Shown here one piece after another: positions 61,108 to 64,000 of a DNA stretch of 64,000 bases (within the stretch, counting starts at the first letter, position 1; each line of letters begins with the position of its first letter). A program made the translations under genes and the position numbers. The stretch comes from Hyphochytrium catenoides (taxonomy: Eukaryota > Protista > Hyphochytriomycota), in assembly GCA_900088475.1 (NCBI GenBank), contig FLMG01002348.1, positions 40,768-104,767 of the forward strand, read 5' to 3'. The notes under the pieces are model-generated. The model saw only the letters and a list, made by a program, of their open reading frames with translations. It had not been told where the DNA came from and made no database searches.

Positions 61108-63264
61108 GTGTATATACCTCTCTCTCCCTCCCACCCTCTCTTCGTCTCACTCTCTTTCTCTTCCTCTCTCTGCCTCTCTGCCTCTCTTTCTCTTCACCTC
61201 CCTTTCATCTCCGTCTCTAATTTCCCTTTCATCCTTAACTCTTCCTTTCGCTCCTTAGCTTTCTTTATTCCAATAAATTACCTGCTACTCTTTTTCGACG
61301 GGGTTCCTGATGCATTACGAGTGATCTTAGTGTCCACCCCAGTGTTGAGAACCAGGCCGTACACGCAGCTCGTGTTCCTTAGCACACAGCCACGAAGCAG
61401 CATATTCTTTACAAAGACTGGCTCCGGACTCTGTAGGTGACAAGCAAAGGGAGAGGAAGGCGACAGCGCTGTGAATTATCAAGTAAACCTTACATGAGCT
61501 CTAGGGAGAGGAGAGCATAAGCAATGACAGGAGAGGAGAGACGAGCGGTTAAAGGAGCGCTTCTCCGCCGCATTTGTCGTCGTCTCGTTCGTGATTCTTA
61601 CCTCTCCTTGAAGCTGGAAGGTCCCCGAGAACTTGTCAATAGCTCTATTGGGGTGCTCGCACATCACTCTTCCTCGCAGTTCGTACAGTCGTCCTTCGCC
61701 TGCTGCTATTTCCTCAGTGCTTTCCAATGCTTGTCTCATCTTCAAATTCGTCTCTCCGTCCAATGACTTGGTCTCAATGTAGCAGATGTCAGTTGGAGGT
61801 GAACCTTCCGGAGTGCCCACGCCCAGAATCAGAATGTCTGCTGGGGCTCTAAAGAGAGACATGTCCATAGACATAACGACATTTAGAGGTAGGAGAACTT
61901 AGGCTAAGAAAAGTAGCAAGAGTGAGAACCCGGATGGCTTTAATCTAAACGATGGAGAAGAGAAAAAGAGAGAGAGAGAGAGAAAGTAGAGACAGAGAGA
62001 AAGAGACAGAGACAGAGAAAGAGAGAGGGAGAGAGAGAGAGAGAGAGGAAAGAGGACGAGCGAGAGAGAGAGGACGAGAGTGAGCGAGAGCGAGAGCGAG
62101 AGAGAGAGAGAGAGAGAGAAAGAAACAAAGAAACAAAGAAAGAGAGGAAGATTCCACGATGTGTGTGAAAGGGCCGCACTGACATCTGCCGATTCTTGAC
62201 CATAACAATGTCTCCAGTCATAACTTCCTTCCATTTCTTGGTAACAAAGCTCCGGGATGCAAGCTCATAGACCTGGCACGGCGATGAGTTGGCTAGTGCG
62301 TCGGCCTGATGTCGCTTAATATCTTCTAAGATTGCGAAGACCGCATCAATCAAAAGGATGAAGACCAGCACGGGGAGGAGGGTAGGCTCTCCTCCTGCGG
62401 CGAATCGAGAAAGGGAAAGCGTGTTAGTAAGCATAGATGCGTGAGGGAACGAAAGAGGGAAAAAGAGAAAGAGAGAACAGCGAACGAAAGAGAAAGAGAG
62501 AGAAGTTCATGGCGAGGGAGAGAGGGACATGAAAAGCGTGACTGAGGGCGTTAGCGCAGAAGAGTATAAGGTAGACTCTGCAATAGAGCAGGGTAAGCAC
62601 TTTGACCCCGTAGAAGAGGAGTCTTATGATAACAACCCCTGAGCTTCCACTGAGCTTCCCCTGGGAAGAAAGACAAAGAGAGAGTAAGACTCCTACCTGT
62701 GTTACTGATGGCGGGTATAGACTGGAAGATGATCACCACCAGGAAATAGACATTTGCAACCTTTTGAAAGGACTCAAAGAGAAACTTTGGCAGGAAAGAG
62801 GCAACGGAGTACTTGGCCGTGATGACGACGTTATTGCAGAAGCGCTGTGCGGCGTTGAAGACTGGATCATTCAGGAAGACATGGCGGTACTGAGGGTCCA
62901 GCGCCGGGATAGGGTCAGTTGAGGCCTCTGTAAAGGAAAGAGTTGATGTCGGAGAGGAGTCAGTACAGAGAGAATGAGAGCGAGATGCGAAGAGTACAGA
63001 GAACTGAGAGAATGGAACTAAGAAAGGTAAAAAGAGGATTAGATGAGGATATCTTCTCATTAGGTTGCGAGCATCGAAAGAACCCACGAGTAACAAGGGA
63101 AAGAGTGCTGCTACGATCATGTAAGGGATGATGTCAATGGCTTTGTTTGCCCGTAAAGGCTTGTCTCTCTCTCTCTCTCTCTCTCTGTTTTCGTCTTTCC
63201 AGTCCCCAATCTTTTCCCCGAAGCTTACCTTGTCCTCCAACATTGACCCTAACCTCGCCGGCAT
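54076..63264 (-). CDS. P4-type ATPase (phospholipid flippase, Drs2/ATP8A-like), multi-exon
   Basis: [46 protein letters not shown], phosphorylation motif [62 protein letters not shown] and C-terminal GFAFS. ATG at 63264, TAA at 54076-54078. Confidence 0.96.
61955..62150. repeat. GA/CT microsatellite-rich intron tract
   Basis: Long (GA)n/(GAGC)n run; a similar CT tract lies at 61070-61220. Confidence 0.9.
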
Positions 63265-63759
63265 AAGCTGCACGAGACATGTTTGAGTGTCTAGCGAGCG
63301 ATCTCTGTCTGTCCTAATCGTGTGACAGCATCTTAGCTACCTAAAGAAACTTTGTAACTCTCTCCCCTTCAATCCCGTTTCTTCCTTGTTTCACTTGTTT
63401 CGCCGTCTTCTTCCCTCTCCCTAGCTTGTAATGGTAGCCAAGCTTTTCTTAGGGAGGGAAGACTTATTGAAGCACCAGCAGCGCAGACGGAGACTGTGTC
63501 GACGCTATGAGGACTGCATAAAGCGGAAAGCGGGTGATCTGGCGCGTAGTCATCAAACGAAAGCGAAGAGTTGGAGCTGAGAGGGAGAAAGGAAGGGGGG
63601 TTGGACGAGCGAGGATGTCAGCTTGCCCACAGACAACGGAAGACGAAAGGAAACGGAGTTAGATCGGAGTCGAGTACTCGTGTACTGCCTTAAGATTCAA
63701 GGCACTTACGAAGTAAAAAGGGGATGGAGGTCGAGAGAAGAATGAGAGGCAAAAAAAAA

Positions 63760-64000
63760 GAAAGAAGCGAGGATACAGAGAAAGAGGGTGGAGAAAGAAA
63801 GAGAGAGACGAGAGCGAGAGAGAGAGAGAGACAGTGACAGAGGGGGTGCTTTCTAAGGTTTACTTGGGAGGATTGGTGGGCGAAGGTGGGTTAACCCTGT
63901 TCCTGCGCAAGAGCGAGCGGAGAATGAGAAGGAAAGAGGTAAGCAACAGAGAAGACTCAGAAAAGCTGAGACAAGAGAGAGAGAGAGAGAGAGAGAGAGA
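63760..64000. repeat. GA-rich microsatellite tract upstream of the P4-ATPase
   Basis: (GA)n runs extend to the window end. Confidence 0.85.

Overview
Intron-rich eukaryotic nuclear DNA with GT-AG introns, several probable GC-AG introns and abundant GA/CT microsatellites. A stramenopile origin is inferred from a RanBP1 insertion and a fused nitrile hydratase. Gene models were spliced by eye from the sequence. In order, the window holds: the 5' part of an ABCB/MDR transporter (-); a decayed hAT-like stretch; tRNA-Arg(ACG); a beta-alpha fused cobalt-type nitrile hydratase with a His-rich linker; a PX-domain protein; an intronless ~736-aa orphan; a ubiquitin-like + calycin-like beta-barrel fusion; a Ser-rich ORF; an Asp/Asn beta-hydroxylase-type 2OG-Fe(II) dioxygenase fused to a PAPS sulfotransferase; an organellar glycyl-tRNA synthetase; SLX9; RanBP1; MED10; a large N-acylated PH-FYVE-CAP-Gly-IQ-PPP phosphatase-EF-hand protein; and a P4-ATPase flippase (-). 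The most unusual items are the three multi-domain fusions: the PH-FYVE-CAP-Gly PPEF-like phosphatase, the hydroxylase-sulfotransferase and the UBL-calycin. Novelty cannot be confirmed without database searches.
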